This document shows, piece by piece, positions 8,841 to 17,844 of a DNA stretch of 64,000 nucleotides. The first letter of the stretch is position 1, and every line of letters begins with the position of its first letter. The notes under the pieces are model-generated. The model had not been told where the DNA came from, ran no database searches, and saw only the letters and a program-made list of their open reading frames with translations. Source of the DNA: a virus (taxonomy: Duplodnaviria > Caudoviricetes). The position numbers were made by a program, and so were the translations under genes. The DNA lies in IMG/VR virus record IMGVR_UViG_2595698902_000001, positions 216,539-280,538 of that record; one strand, given 5' to 3'.

Positions 8841-9643
8841 TTCAATTCTCCTTCAAGAATCCTGCGATCTGCGTCCGAAACTTTGGAACGCAAGTTGATC
8901 ATTGTATAGGTAAAACTACGCTGTTCATCTTGCAGCAATTTATTCAGATACGAATCATCGGAGGTCATGTTGGCCTTGCCTTCGATTTCCCGCATAGAGC
9001 GCACGCCATACTTGAACATAAACGGGATAAAATTCTGCCAGCCGCCGGTGGAAAGAATACGGGATTCGTAAACGCGAACCGTCCGAACATCGTTATCGAA
9101 ATTCAGGGCGCGCAGAGTGTCCAGCGCCTGCTCATGTGTCATGCAAAGATCGGAAACTTCGCCGCCCGGTGTAAATACCGTGAACTTAACGCCCGACGTA
9201 AAGTCACGCTTTAGTTTTACGTTCATCAGCAATTTGCCTTGCAGCTGGAAAGTCCAGCAGGCCGACAAATGGTTGTAAAACAATTTGGTGCGGATGCCAA
9301 GATTGGCGCTAGCTGCTCTGAGGTTCTCGCAAAACTCTTCGGCGCGACTTACGATGTTTTCTGCGTGGTAAACCCGTTCGTCAATGTACGAAATGATTTC
9401 AGCAAGCGTCGGCTGTTGCACGGTCATGCCGCGATAGGCGATGTACTTACTGCCAATGGCAAACCCGTTAATGGCGGTGTTGCTTTTAGGCCCAACGAAT
9501 TGCAGGCGAACGGACAGCGGCAAGCGCTTGTGCCCGTAGTCAGAGAATGAGGCCCAGTTAGAAATAGAAAAGTTTTTCGATTTCAGGTAGGCCTTGAGGC
9601 GTTTGGTTTCGTCAGTGGTCAAAGGCGCGAAGATCATTTGCAC
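8837..9643 (-). CDS. hypothetical protein, paralog family A
   Basis: 268 aa ORF with the shared family motifs. Confidence 0.75.
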   Translation of the reverse strand: MQMIFAPLTTDETKRLKAYLKSKNFSISNWASFSDYGHKRLPLSVRLQFVGPKSNTAINGFAIGSKYIAYRGMTVQQPTLAEIISYIDERVYHAENIVSRAEEFCENLRAASANLGIRTKLFYNHLSACWTFQLQGKLLMNVKLKRDFTSGVKFTVFTPGGEVSDLCMTHEQALDTLRALNFDNDVRTVRVYESRILSTGGWQNFIPFMFKYGVRSMREIEGKANMTSDDSYLNKLLQDEQRSFTYTMINLRSKVSDADRRILEGELK

Positions 9644-10296
9644 ATATCCGCGTAGGTGACGACGGCAGCGTTCTTACCGTTGTCGGTGAAAATTGAGTAA
9701 GATTTTGCGGGCGCCAGCGGGTAGCGGCCCGGCTCACCGTCGCTGATATTCAGCTTCTGGTGCGTACCGTCCGCGTTATGCGCAAGAATCGAAGAGGCAC
9801 TGCTAGGCATTTCGATAAAGGTTTTTTCTTCGACAGTTCGCATGTCGTAGAATTTCCAATTGAACACGATGTAGTAGCGATACGAATAATCGCGAGTGCC
9901 TTTCATCGTGCGGTCGCCTACCTTGAAAACACAGGTAGCCGTGTGCGAGCCGTATTTGTCCCACGCTTGCACGTATTGATCGCGATTATTCCACGCGATA
10001 GCCGCAAGGATGGTCAGCACGCCAGCAATGGCCGACAGCCAACCCACAACCTTCAAGGTTTTAACCAACCAACGAGGCGCCTGCATTTCCTTATCGGATT
10101 CAACCTGCTTTTTCTTCGTCCGGCGAATTTTCCCCAGCATCGATTCCTTGGCCGCTTTGGATTCGGCATCACGTTGGAGAATTTCCGCTTCTTTTTCAGC
10201 GGCGGCGCGAGCATCCGCGTCCAACTGTTGGGCGATTTGTTCGCCAAGGCTTACTTCGCAGATTTCCGGGGCTTGGGATTCGTTAGCGTGTTGCAT
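9634..10296 (-). CDS. single-pass membrane protein
   Basis: Charged N-terminus and a TM segment VVGWLSAIAGVLTILAAIAW. Confidence 0.75.
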   Translation of the reverse strand: MQHANESQAPEICEVSLGEQIAQQLDADARAAAEKEAEILQRDAESKAAKESMLGKIRRTKKKQVESDKEMQAPRWLVKTLKVVGWLSAIAGVLTILAAIAWNNRDQYVQAWDKYGSHTATCVFKVGDRTMKGTRDYSYRYYIVFNWKFYDMRTVEEKTFIEMPSSASSILAHNADGTHQKLNISDGEPGRYPLAPAKSYSIFTDNGKNAAVVTYADMCK

Positions 10297-10327
10297 TGTG
10301 ATTCCTTATCTAGCTTTCGTGGTTGGA

Positions 10328-10852
10328 TCAGAGGTATTTGTTAGCAAAGAACTCGATTCGATCTTTGTGCATCAGGAGCAAAAACGTGTTGTGTGTCCAA
10401 ACCAAATCCGTGCCCATGAATACTTGGGTATCATCGCACACGAATTGACAACGGCTTTGTGCGCGCACGTCCTCGGCCTTTTCCCATTCCATGACCATTT
10501 TTACGCGGGTTAAATTTACCATGACGTTTGCATACGCCACCTGATAAACGTTGGCCTCGCCTCGGGGAATGTAGTTGTAGAGGATCGCCCTACTGGTGCC
10601 CTCTACCCAAAACAAATTCGCGGGCCTTTCCAGAAAATGCTTTTGTGGAAGCCAGCCCTGTTTTTCAATCACGATTCGCTTGCGTAGCTTAGCCACATAT
10701 TCCCGCAAACCGGTGTCACGACCGTAGGCAGCGCCTTCGGCTAATTGCTTGAGCACCATGTAAGCATTTCGCATGGCATTCCGTTTTTCCGCAAGGGCAT
10801 CACGCGTCTGCTTCGACAGCTTGACCTTGGGCGACTCGGAAGTATTTTGCAT
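10328..10852 (-). CDS. hypothetical protein
   Basis: 174 aa ORF with an AGGA RBS. Confidence 0.7.
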   Translation of the reverse strand: MQNTSESPKVKLSKQTRDALAEKRNAMRNAYMVLKQLAEGAAYGRDTGLREYVAKLRKRIVIEKQGWLPQKHFLERPANLFWVEGTSRAILYNYIPRGEANVYQVAYANVMVNLTRVKMVMEWEKAEDVRAQSRCQFVCDDTQVFMGTDLVWTHNTFLLLMHKDRIEFFANKYL

Positions 10853-10869
10853 CGGACTTTTCCTTGTAC

Positions 10870-11259
10870 CTAAACCTTACGACCTAGCGTCGTTGGGTCA
10901 GTTTCATCAGTCACGTATTGATAGCCGCCTTTGTTATACAAAGGCGCTACCCGTTTTTTCTTTTTCTCGATTTCTACTTGTGCTGCGGCTTCGCGTTCTT
11001 GCCAGCCATCATACTGCAAAATTTCGTCACGGGAAATCTTGTTGTCGGAGGCCCGTGCTGGCGCCTCAGTAATCAACTTAACATCCAGATGCTTTGCGTT
11101 TTTGCTCACGTCTAAAGTGCTAGACGCTTTCGCCTTTCTTTTCTCTTTGGGCAGAGAACCATCCGGGTTCCGGCCAAGCTGTTTTGCAAGCTTAGCCTTC
11201 TCCGCTGCTTCTTTCTGCTCACGCTGCTTTCGTTGTTGTAACTGCTTGCGTGTAAGCAC
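10870..11259 (-). CDS. basic phage protein with C-terminal APxYNKGxYQY motif
   Basis: C-terminal RVAPLYNKGGYQYVTD, a motif I recall from large myovirus hypothetical proteins. Confidence 0.7.
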   Translation of the reverse strand: MLTRKQLQQRKQREQKEAAEKAKLAKQLGRNPDGSLPKEKRKAKASSTLDVSKNAKHLDVKLITEAPARASDNKISRDEILQYDGWQEREAAAQVEIEKKKKRVAPLYNKGGYQYVTDETDPTTLGRKV

Positions 11260-11269
11260 GGCAAAATCC

Positions 11270-11584
11270 TTATTCGGATTGTTGGATCAGTTGGCGTTCC
11301 TCGGTGGAAAGCTTTTCAGCGATTTCTTCCAGCGGATGCGCGCCAGTTTCTTCGGCTTCGATGTGGTCGGCCATACGTAGCAGGATTTCGTCTTTCAGGC
11401 CCCGGCTGCCGTACTCGACGCCGCCGATGGTTTGTGTGTGCTGGCAGGAAATAAACATGCTCTGCACAACGCCCACGCCAGCGGCTTTGATCGGCCACGG
11501 GAATTGCACTTGATCAAGATCGACCGCGTGCCCGAAAATCATTGGTACTTCTTTGCCATCGATTTCAACAACTACGTATTTCAT
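11270..11584 (-). CDS. small phage protein, paralog family B
   Basis: MKYVVV..EVPMIF..AAG..SRGLKDEILL. Confidence 0.7.
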   Translation of the reverse strand: MKYVVVEIDGKEVPMIFGHAVDLDQVQFPWPIKAAGVGVVQSMFISCQHTQTIGGVEYGSRGLKDEILLRMADHIEAEETGAHPLEEIAEKLSTEERQLIQQSE

Positions 11585-11823
11585 CAGTGCTTGCTCCCCG
11601 AGACTACATGCTCGAACATGTCCACGATTTCATCGTAGGAAATTTGAACTTCGTTGCGCTCAATGGTGAACGCGGTTTCTGTTGCGGTTGCCACGATTTC
11701 AAACGAACCGGACAGCTCACGCGGCACAGCAACTACGTAGTAATCGCCGTGCTTCTGAATGTCGGTTGCCCTTACGCCCGCAAAGTCGGACATGGAATGT
11801 GAAGCGTATATACGAGTGACCAT
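11584..11823 (-). CDS. hypothetical protein
   Basis: GGAG RBS before the ATG at 11823. Confidence 0.65.
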   Translation of the reverse strand: MVTRIYASHSMSDFAGVRATDIQKHGDYYVVAVPRELSGSFEIVATATETAFTIERNEVQISYDEIVDMFEHVVSGSKH

Positions 11824-11938
11824 TTCAATTTCTCCAAAGACATAATTTTCCCTCGACTCCCTTAAAGGCGGTCCCAAAGACTGAACAGCCTATCCATTTC
11901 GCCAGCTGGCGTTGCCATTTTTCTTGTCGGTGTTGCTG

Positions 11939-12142
11939 TTACAGCTCCCGCTCCCACGTTGCTTTTAGGCGAGTGGACTGGGGGAATGCGATTAGCAGTC
12001 TCCGGCTTTGTTCCGATGTGAATTGCCGGGCGCGTAACCTGCTTTTGCATAAATAAGCTCGTTTTAAATCAAAGTTGTAGATATAGTCGCCCGTAGACAA
12101 CCTCACTACATATTTACAGTTTTCATCGACTGGCGTAGCCAT
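11939..12142 (-). CDS. hypothetical protein
   Basis: 67 aa ORF directly following the HD gene. Confidence 0.55.
   Translation of the reverse strand: MATPVDENCKYVVRLSTGDYIYNFDLKRAYLCKSRLRARQFTSEQSRRLLIAFPQSTRLKATWEREL
12111..12121 (-). promoter_or_regulatory. AACTGTAAATA motif
   Basis: Perfect copy near the 5' end of a small ORF. Confidence 0.45.
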
Positions 12143-12147
12143 GACCT

Positions 12148-12813
12148 TTACTCCCGTGCAAGCGTCTCCATGACGGCAATACGGGCGTCCAGCGTGGCGT
12201 TCCAGATAAAGCGTCCGGCATCAGTGAACAACTCGCTGCTTTCCATGAATGCAATTTGCGATTTGAGCAGGGACCGAGGGTCAAGGCCCAGCTCAGCGCA
12301 AAGATTATTCATGACATATTCTGTGCCGCGTGGTTCCAGCGATTCCATAATGTCGGCATCGCGCAGCGCCATTTGCACAATGTCTACTGGTGGCACAGGG
12401 AAGCGGCCTTCGTGGAATTCCGTGCAGCGAATGCACGACTCAATGTAGGCAATTGCGTCCGGTTTGAAATACGCTTTCACGCAGTCAGCGGCACGCAAAC
12501 CTGCAATGGCAATTTCAATGTTATGCGAATCGGGCGGCATACCGGTGTGGCCGAAATCATGGAACATCGCAGCCACCAACAAATGCGCATAATCGGTACG
12601 CAAACGCCAGCCAGTTGCCGACAGCAATTCATAGCCGCGCAACGCCACGCGCAGGCAGTGATCGGTGTTGTGGTACGGCTGGTTTGTGTCGAAGTGCGGT
12701 TGCCGAACGTAGTCATAAATTTCGTTCAAGCGGTAGCGGTCGATGATCGCGCCCAGCATTGCCGTGCGGTAATCGGTGGCGAGATTCAGCTGCACATTTG
12801 GATCGATATTCAT
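12148..12813 (-). CDS. HD-superfamily phosphohydrolase (PDEase-like)
   Basis: PYHNTDH...AAMFHDFGH...LRDADI metal-binding motifs; start at MNIDP with a GAGG RBS. Confidence 0.85.
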   Translation of the reverse strand: MNIDPNVQLNLATDYRTAMLGAIIDRYRLNEIYDYVRQPHFDTNQPYHNTDHCLRVALRGYELLSATGWRLRTDYAHLLVAAMFHDFGHTGMPPDSHNIEIAIAGLRAADCVKAYFKPDAIAYIESCIRCTEFHEGRFPVPPVDIVQMALRDADIMESLEPRGTEYVMNNLCAELGLDPRSLLKSQIAFMESSELFTDAGRFIWNATLDARIAVMETLARE

Positions 12814-12814
12814 T

Positions 12815-13009
12815 TCACTTCCTCTGTTTTCTGATGACGGTGACGTTAAAGCGAAAACGAATTTCTTCGATGTACGAATTAAACAGCCCAATAGCTGCGC
12901 CACCTGCAATCAGAATGGCGCCAGCCGCATAGCCGCCGTTGAACGCACAGAACAGACCTGCAACCAACAGCATGAGGGTTATCAGGTTCCAGAAAGTTTC
13001 CCGTGTCAT
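12815..13009 (-). CDS. small membrane protein
   Basis: Two hydrophobic segments; start overlaps the upstream stop. Confidence 0.6.
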   Translation of the reverse strand: MTRETFWNLITLMLLVAGLFCAFNGGYAAGAILIAGGAAIGLFNSYIEEIRFRFNVTVIRKQRK

Positions 13010-13533
13010 TTGTCGTGCTTTTCCTTGTAGGCCGCAATGTCGGCGTTGAATTTCTTTTTCCAATCGCGCACAACCTGCGAGCGGCACGGAACCTCACGCA
13101 CGATTTTCAGTTGCGGGCCAACCATACGGCGCAGACGACGAATAACCGAGTTAATGTCGCACGACCATTCGTAGTATTTGCCTTTCACGCGGCCTTGCAA
13201 CGCTTCGTCTTCGACCTCAAGGCAGTATTTATATTCGACTACAAACGCTTTGCCTTTTTGCCGTTCGTTCCACACGTAGTCTTCGGCAGTTTCGTTGTGA
13301 TGAACAGCAGTACCGACACAAGGCGAACTGTAGCAGGTGCGCCCACGGTAATACTCGCGCATATCCGTTTCCAGAATACGCAGCGTTGATTTAGCACCAC
13401 GGAACAGCTTGCGGTACTTCGGCATAATCTGAATGTGGTTGCGTTTCCACTTGCGCATGATCCAGCCGCCACCGTAGACCGGGCAGTTTGGATATTCGTC
13501 AGAAAACTCACAAATCTTTTCAATCGCAGCCAC
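13006..13533 (-). CDS. hypothetical protein
   Basis: 175 aa ORF with an AGGA RBS. Confidence 0.7.
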   Translation of the reverse strand: MAAIEKICEFSDEYPNCPVYGGGWIMRKWKRNHIQIMPKYRKLFRGAKSTLRILETDMREYYRGRTCYSSPCVGTAVHHNETAEDYVWNERQKGKAFVVEYKYCLEVEDEALQGRVKGKYYEWSCDINSVIRRLRRMVGPQLKIVREVPCRSQVVRDWKKKFNADIAAYKEKHDK

Positions 13534-13589
13534 AATCGTTTCCTTTTTCTTCTACGTCTTCGTCTCTACGGTTTGCCATGGGGCCTAGT

Positions 13590-14564
13590 TTAGCGGGCTT
13601 CTTTTTTGGATTGTTCATACTCAGCCCCAACCGTTTCCAGATAAAGCGCCAGACGTTTTGCATCGCACGGGCCTTGGCGTTTCGCCTGCTTCACCACACG
13701 CCGCACAGCCGCTTCGTGTTTGTGCTTTTTGCGTTCCTTTTCGTACAGCGCCGGAACGTCTTTGTAGAACAGCCGGTCGATGCGTGTAGGGAAGTGCGAG
13801 TAGGAATCCCACAAAACCGTTTTGCCAATGCCCGGTTCGATTTCCATTTCCACTACAGGCGGTGGATTACCGAGATATTTATGAAAACGTTCCAGCGCAT
13901 CTGCGGTAATGTCCGCTTCCAGCCCAGCCAACGGGTCCGGGTCTTCCAAGCAAATATGCGCAATATCTTTGCCTTCGCGCTTCAAACGTTCCAGCACTTG
14001 CTTGTAGAAATAACCAGAGAAACGCGCAGGTGTGCCGAACACCGGAATGACGCCAACCGGAAACCCACCAGTCAGCATACGATTATTCTCGATGATTTCG
14101 CTTACCAGTTTATCGGCACCACAGGTTAAAATGGGCATACGCGGTTTATTCGCTGCATTTTCTGCCAGCTTTGCCATTACATTCGACGCGCCGTGGCTGG
14201 TGTCCGCCATTTTCACAACCAACCCACCAGCACGGACAGCCTGTTCGGCACGGGCACCGTAACGCATACCGAAAAGCGCACTGCGCATTTCACGACGTTC
14301 TGCTTCGGCACCTTCAAAAAACTTTGCAGCATTTTCTTCGTGCATCAGGAACTCCGACAGGAACGTTTGGATTGGGGAATTTTTGGTTTGCTTCGGGATT
14401 TGATCGACGGAAAACGGCGACATTTTCCAGCGACCATGTGCGCGGTTCTGGTAGTCTACAGCGGTGTTGTGGAACGCGCTGTGATCCTCGGGGCCACACA
14501 CGAACAGGTCACGCACGCGGCGCCAGCCAAGACTATCAACGAGTTTTTGGATCGATGGAGACAC
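13590..14564 (-). CDS. hypothetical protein with a degenerate RecA/DnaB-like segment
   Basis: NRMLTGGFPVGVIPVFG...GKDIAHICLED resembles the start of a RecA-fold ATPase domain but lacks GKT at the Walker A position. Confidence 0.6.
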   Translation of the reverse strand: MSPSIQKLVDSLGWRRVRDLFVCGPEDHSAFHNTAVDYQNRAHGRWKMSPFSVDQIPKQTKNSPIQTFLSEFLMHEENAAKFFEGAEAERREMRSALFGMRYGARAEQAVRAGGLVVKMADTSHGASNVMAKLAENAANKPRMPILTCGADKLVSEIIENNRMLTGGFPVGVIPVFGTPARFSGYFYKQVLERLKREGKDIAHICLEDPDPLAGLEADITADALERFHKYLGNPPPVVEMEIEPGIGKTVLWDSYSHFPTRIDRLFYKDVPALYEKERKKHKHEAAVRRVVKQAKRQGPCDAKRLALYLETVGAEYEQSKKEAR

Positions 14565-14805
14565 AGTTAATTCCTTTCTCTTCCTTCATTACTTTTGCAA
14601 GGTGATCGGCCACAACTTGCTTACCGGTTTTCTGCTTTTGCTGCATCACTTGGCGCACAGCAGATTGCAGAATATTGCTGCGCTTTTTCATTGGCACCGT
14701 TTTGTAACGCTCGGCCAGTTCAGCCAGTACGGTTTGTGCGTTAGCGCCCGCTGCAATACGCTCAGCCATGAATTGCATGGCGTCCTGCTCCATCGACTTA
14801 ATCAC
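14536..14805 (-). CDS. hypothetical protein
   Basis: 89 aa ORF. Confidence 0.6.
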   Translation of the reverse strand: MIKSMEQDAMQFMAERIAAGANAQTVLAELAERYKTVPMKKRSNILQSAVRQVMQQKQKTGKQVVADHLAKVMKEEKGINCVSIDPKTR

Positions 14806-15262
14806 GGTTGCGATTCTCTGCGATGGTTTGTTGGCCTTCGACGTAGGCGAATGCGTATTGGATGTTTTTGCGCATCTTGGAAACCGCCATGCGGAATGTG
14901 TCTTTGCTCAATTTCAGCAGCACGGAATCGCGTGGCGTTTCCGCTGCGTTTTCCGGCAGAACAAAATAGGTTTTGATCAGCGGCATTGCAGTGTCATTGC
15001 TTTTGATCAGGGACACCGCTCCCGTTGCTGGCGCAGTTTCAATCGCTTTCTTGATGTGGCGCTCTACCAACATCACAGAAACTTCCAGCATTTCGTCCAG
15101 CGATTCCGCAACCACGCGCTCGCCTTCCACTTCCATCAGAAACAGCGAATTATCGGTGTTGAAATCGTGGTGATACGAACGGCCCATGCCGTTGAAAATT
15201 GCACAGGCAGAATCGCCAATGCTGTTGAGCAGTTCGATTTTGTAAGCGGTGGAATTGTTCAC
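14798..15262 (-). CDS. hypothetical protein
   Basis: Probable GTG start at 15262 with a GAGGG RBS. Confidence 0.65.
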   Translation of the reverse strand: MNNSTAYKIELLNSIGDSACAIFNGMGRSYHHDFNTDNSLFLMEVEGERVVAESLDEMLEVSVMLVERHIKKAIETAPATGAVSLIKSNDTAMPLIKTYFVLPENAAETPRDSVLLKLSKDTFRMAVSKMRKNIQYAFAYVEGQQTIAENRNRD

Positions 15263-15429
15263 GCAAAAGCCCTCAGTACGAAAGTGATAACATCGCCGCA
15301 ATTCATGATGCCGATAACGTGGAACGCGAAACGCCACGGCCCGTCAGGTCCGTTCGGATGTTCCTCGCTTGGGCGCAGCTGCCACAGGCACAAACCGACC
15401 ATCAGTAAACTCAAAAACAGATTCGTCAT
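15259..15429 (-). CDS. small membrane protein
   Basis: Hydrophobic; coupled to the NADAR stop. Confidence 0.5.
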   Translation of the reverse strand: MTNLFLSLLMVGLCLWQLRPSEEHPNGPDGPWRFAFHVIGIMNCGDVITFVLRAFA

Positions 15430-15953
15430 TCCACCAGTTCCGCCAGCCGCATCATCGTGTGTTCTTTGCAGACTTTCCACACGTCTACGCCTTTCATAGA
15501 ATCGCGGAATTCCATAAGCAGAACGCCCATCATATCCGCGCCCTTGCCTGCATCGTTCACGCCCCAGCCGCCTTTATCCCACTGCGCTAAATGGGACAGC
15601 TTTGTTTTGCCGGTTGCCAGCAGCGCCAGCAGACGCAGCGGGTTTTGCATATACGATTCTTTGATCATTCGACGCATCGTGTCGATACGTTTTACGTCGT
15701 GATCTTTGCGCTGTTTTCCCTTCGCTTTGTCTGAGCCATAATACTTGGCTTTGTACGGGTCGAAGGCGTTGAGGATTTTGCGGCGCAGTTCCTCTTCTGA
15801 CTTCGCCAGTTTGAAATACTGGTAGCCGTGCTCAATCGATTTGAACGTGAGCTTTTTGTAGATGAACGGCGCAGGCCACAGCGCGCTAAAGACTTCGTTC
15901 TGGTACGAATTGAACTGAATTACTTCAACGCTTTTTCTTGGACTTTTTGCCAC
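15426..15953 (-). CDS. NADAR (YbiA-like) family protein
   Basis: FSALW..PF..F.SIEH.YQ..K, LLATG..L, D..WG...G.G.D.MG.LLM..R signature. Confidence 0.88.
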   Translation of the reverse strand: MAKSPRKSVEVIQFNSYQNEVFSALWPAPFIYKKLTFKSIEHGYQYFKLAKSEEELRRKILNAFDPYKAKYYGSDKAKGKQRKDHDVKRIDTMRRMIKESYMQNPLRLLALLATGKTKLSHLAQWDKGGWGVNDAGKGADMMGVLLMEFRDSMKGVDVWKVCKEHTMMRLAELVE

Positions 15954-16092
15954 TAGGTTCTCCCTTAATCACGCTTTCAATTGCAGCGGATACGCTTGGG
16001 CTAAGTTTTACCAGCACAGGGCGCTTGCGCTTGCCCTGCTCGTCCAGTTCCCACACGGTTGTCCAGAGGCCTTGCGAATTAGGCACGATCAT
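15925..16092 (-). CDS. small basic hypothetical protein (55 aa)
   Basis: MIVPNSQGLWTTVWE... fills the gap. Confidence 0.45.
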   Translation of the reverse strand: MIVPNSQGLWTTVWELDEQGKRKRPVLVKLSPSVSAAIESVIKGEPSGKKSKKKR

Positions 16093-16297
16093 AAATTTCC
16101 AGCAGCACGAAATCGGCGTTGGAGTAATTCTTTTTCAGCGCTTCATCCAACGCTTCAAGTGCGTCGGCTTTTTCGCTGTAGTCGTTGGTCAAATCCAAAT
16201 CGCGATTCGGCGTCATCATCACCGTTTCTTGTTTGGTGTAGTTTTCGTCCCAACGCCAATCCAGTTGGCGCCATTCGTAACGAACTTTAATTGCCAT
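16079..16297 (-). CDS. hypothetical protein
   Basis: Start MAIKVR with a GAGGG RBS. Confidence 0.6.
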   Translation of the reverse strand: MAIKVRYEWRQLDWRWDENYTKQETVMMTPNRDLDLTNDYSEKADALEALDEALKKNYSNADFVLLEIYDRA

Positions 16298-16357
16298 TTT
16301 ACTTGTACCCTCGGTTGAATTGAGCGAGTGCCGAAACACCCGCCCAATTTTTACGGT

Positions 16358-16921
16358 TTAATCGCAGCCACCGCCACCGCCAGAATCACCGGAGCTGCCG
16401 GAATCACCACCACCGCCCCAGCCGCCAGAATCACGCGAAGGCGTATCGTAGGAATCCGACCGCGACGGACTGCACGAAGGCGCAGGCGTAGAGCGAACAG
16501 CAATTGGATCATCTGCAATAAGAGCAGGGTTAATGTGATAATCCCCGCTGTCATCACGACGGTCAGTGCGGCGACGAACTTCACCGGATTCAACACGCGC
16601 ACCCATGCTTACAGGCAATTGCTTTTCTGGATATTGCGCACGGAGCGGTTCCCGCCGCCCCATATTTTCCCGGTCCAGTTTTTCTTGCTTGTCGCGTTCT
16701 TTCCGCGCCATTTCCGCGTCGTAGAAATCCAGCGTAGGTTTCAACGCGGATTCAACACGCTGCAATTGGAGGCTCAGCTTCTGGCACAAAGACTCTTGCG
16801 CCTTTGCTTTAGCGGCCATAACAGCCGTATTGTCGTTAACGCGAACCAGCTCGTTAAACAGCAACTTGTATTTGCGGCGACCGAACAAAAAGTCGTACCA
16901 GCGCAATGGCAATTGACGCAT
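16358..16921 (-). CDS. coiled-coil protein with Gly/Ser/Asp-rich C-terminal tail
   Basis: Tail DSGGWGGGGDSGSSGDSGGGGGCD. Confidence 0.7.
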   Translation of the reverse strand: MRQLPLRWYDFLFGRRKYKLLFNELVRVNDNTAVMAAKAKAQESLCQKLSLQLQRVESALKPTLDFYDAEMARKERDKQEKLDRENMGRREPLRAQYPEKQLPVSMGARVESGEVRRRTDRRDDSGDYHINPALIADDPIAVRSTPAPSCSPSRSDSYDTPSRDSGGWGGGGDSGSSGDSGGGGGCD

Positions 16922-16933
16922 GAAAAATCCCTT

Positions 16934-17785
16934 TTAGTAGTAGAGGGCTTGCAGCAGGTCGTCGTGCGAAACACCTTCGGAAGTGCTCAGGTGCTCAGCG
17001 AAGATTTTCGACCAGTTTTCAAACGTGACGTGCGGGTAAGCATCATGCAGCGCGGTAACGCGAACCGGATCAATGAAATCCAGATGTTTTTCGCGGTTGC
17101 CGATAGTGACGCCCGGTTTCAGTTTCATGCGCCACGCGAACGCCAGATGCAGACGGCCAACGTTGTCGCTGTTGTCGAAAATCAAACCTTCAAAATGCAC
17201 GGAGGCCATGCGGGCCAGATCATGCGCGGTGCCGATCAGAATTTCTTTATCGGTGCCTTCGTTGAGATAGGCCTCGAATTTCAGACCGTCAATGTAGAAG
17301 GACATTTCCTCGAAAGCTTCGCGATAAATGTTATTGATCGCGGTAGCAATTGGGTCGATGATCGAAGTCGGACGGCCTTGAGCGTCGATAACTTTTTCGA
17401 TATCAACCAAATCGCAGTGACCGCCCGGAGCAATGGAGCCACGGCCTTTCAGATCGGATTCACCGGAGCCTTCACGCGAACGCATGTACGGGTAGATTTC
17501 ACCGTCTGCATTTTCGACTACGAAATAGTTGAGCCACTGCGCATAATCGCGGTTGCCTTTGAACGATTCGCCCCAGTTGAAAGCTTCGTCCAAATCTTGG
17601 CGCTGGCCGATAACCAGCGCGTGCTGCACGTAGCGCACCAGACGCATGAAATCTACGTACAGGAAACCGGACGGATTAGGCGAACCCATTGCGGTGAAAG
17701 CATCACGCAGCGCGGTACGGCGGATAGCCAGAATCGACTCAGGATATTTGACTTCGGCAGGTTCAAACTTGAATGGCTTGTACAC
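16934..17785 (-). CDS. Nudix-family phosphoesterase (YmaB/COG4112-like)
   Basis: Q..NY.VV, Y.R...SGE..L.G..SI..GGH, REAFEEM, D.SD.VG..HL motifs. Confidence 0.8.
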   Translation of the reverse strand: MYKPFKFEPAEVKYPESILAIRRTALRDAFTAMGSPNPSGFLYVDFMRLVRYVQHALVIGQRQDLDEAFNWGESFKGNRDYAQWLNYFVVENADGEIYPYMRSREGSGESDLKGRGSIAPGGHCDLVDIEKVIDAQGRPTSIIDPIATAINNIYREAFEEMSFYIDGLKFEAYLNEGTDKEILIGTAHDLARMASVHFEGLIFDNSDNVGRLHLAFAWRMKLKPGVTIGNREKHLDFIDPVRVTALHDAYPHVTFENWSKIFAEHLSTSEGVSHDDLLQALYY

Positions 17786-17832
17786 GTTTACTTCCTTTCA
17801 ATGTAGAGGCACACCATTGCACCTCTACTTCC

Positions 17833-17843
17833 TATTTACAGTT
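17833..17843 (-). promoter_or_regulatory. AACTGTAAATA motif
   Basis: Perfect intergenic copy upstream of the Nudix gene. Confidence 0.6.
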
Positions 17844-17844
17844 T

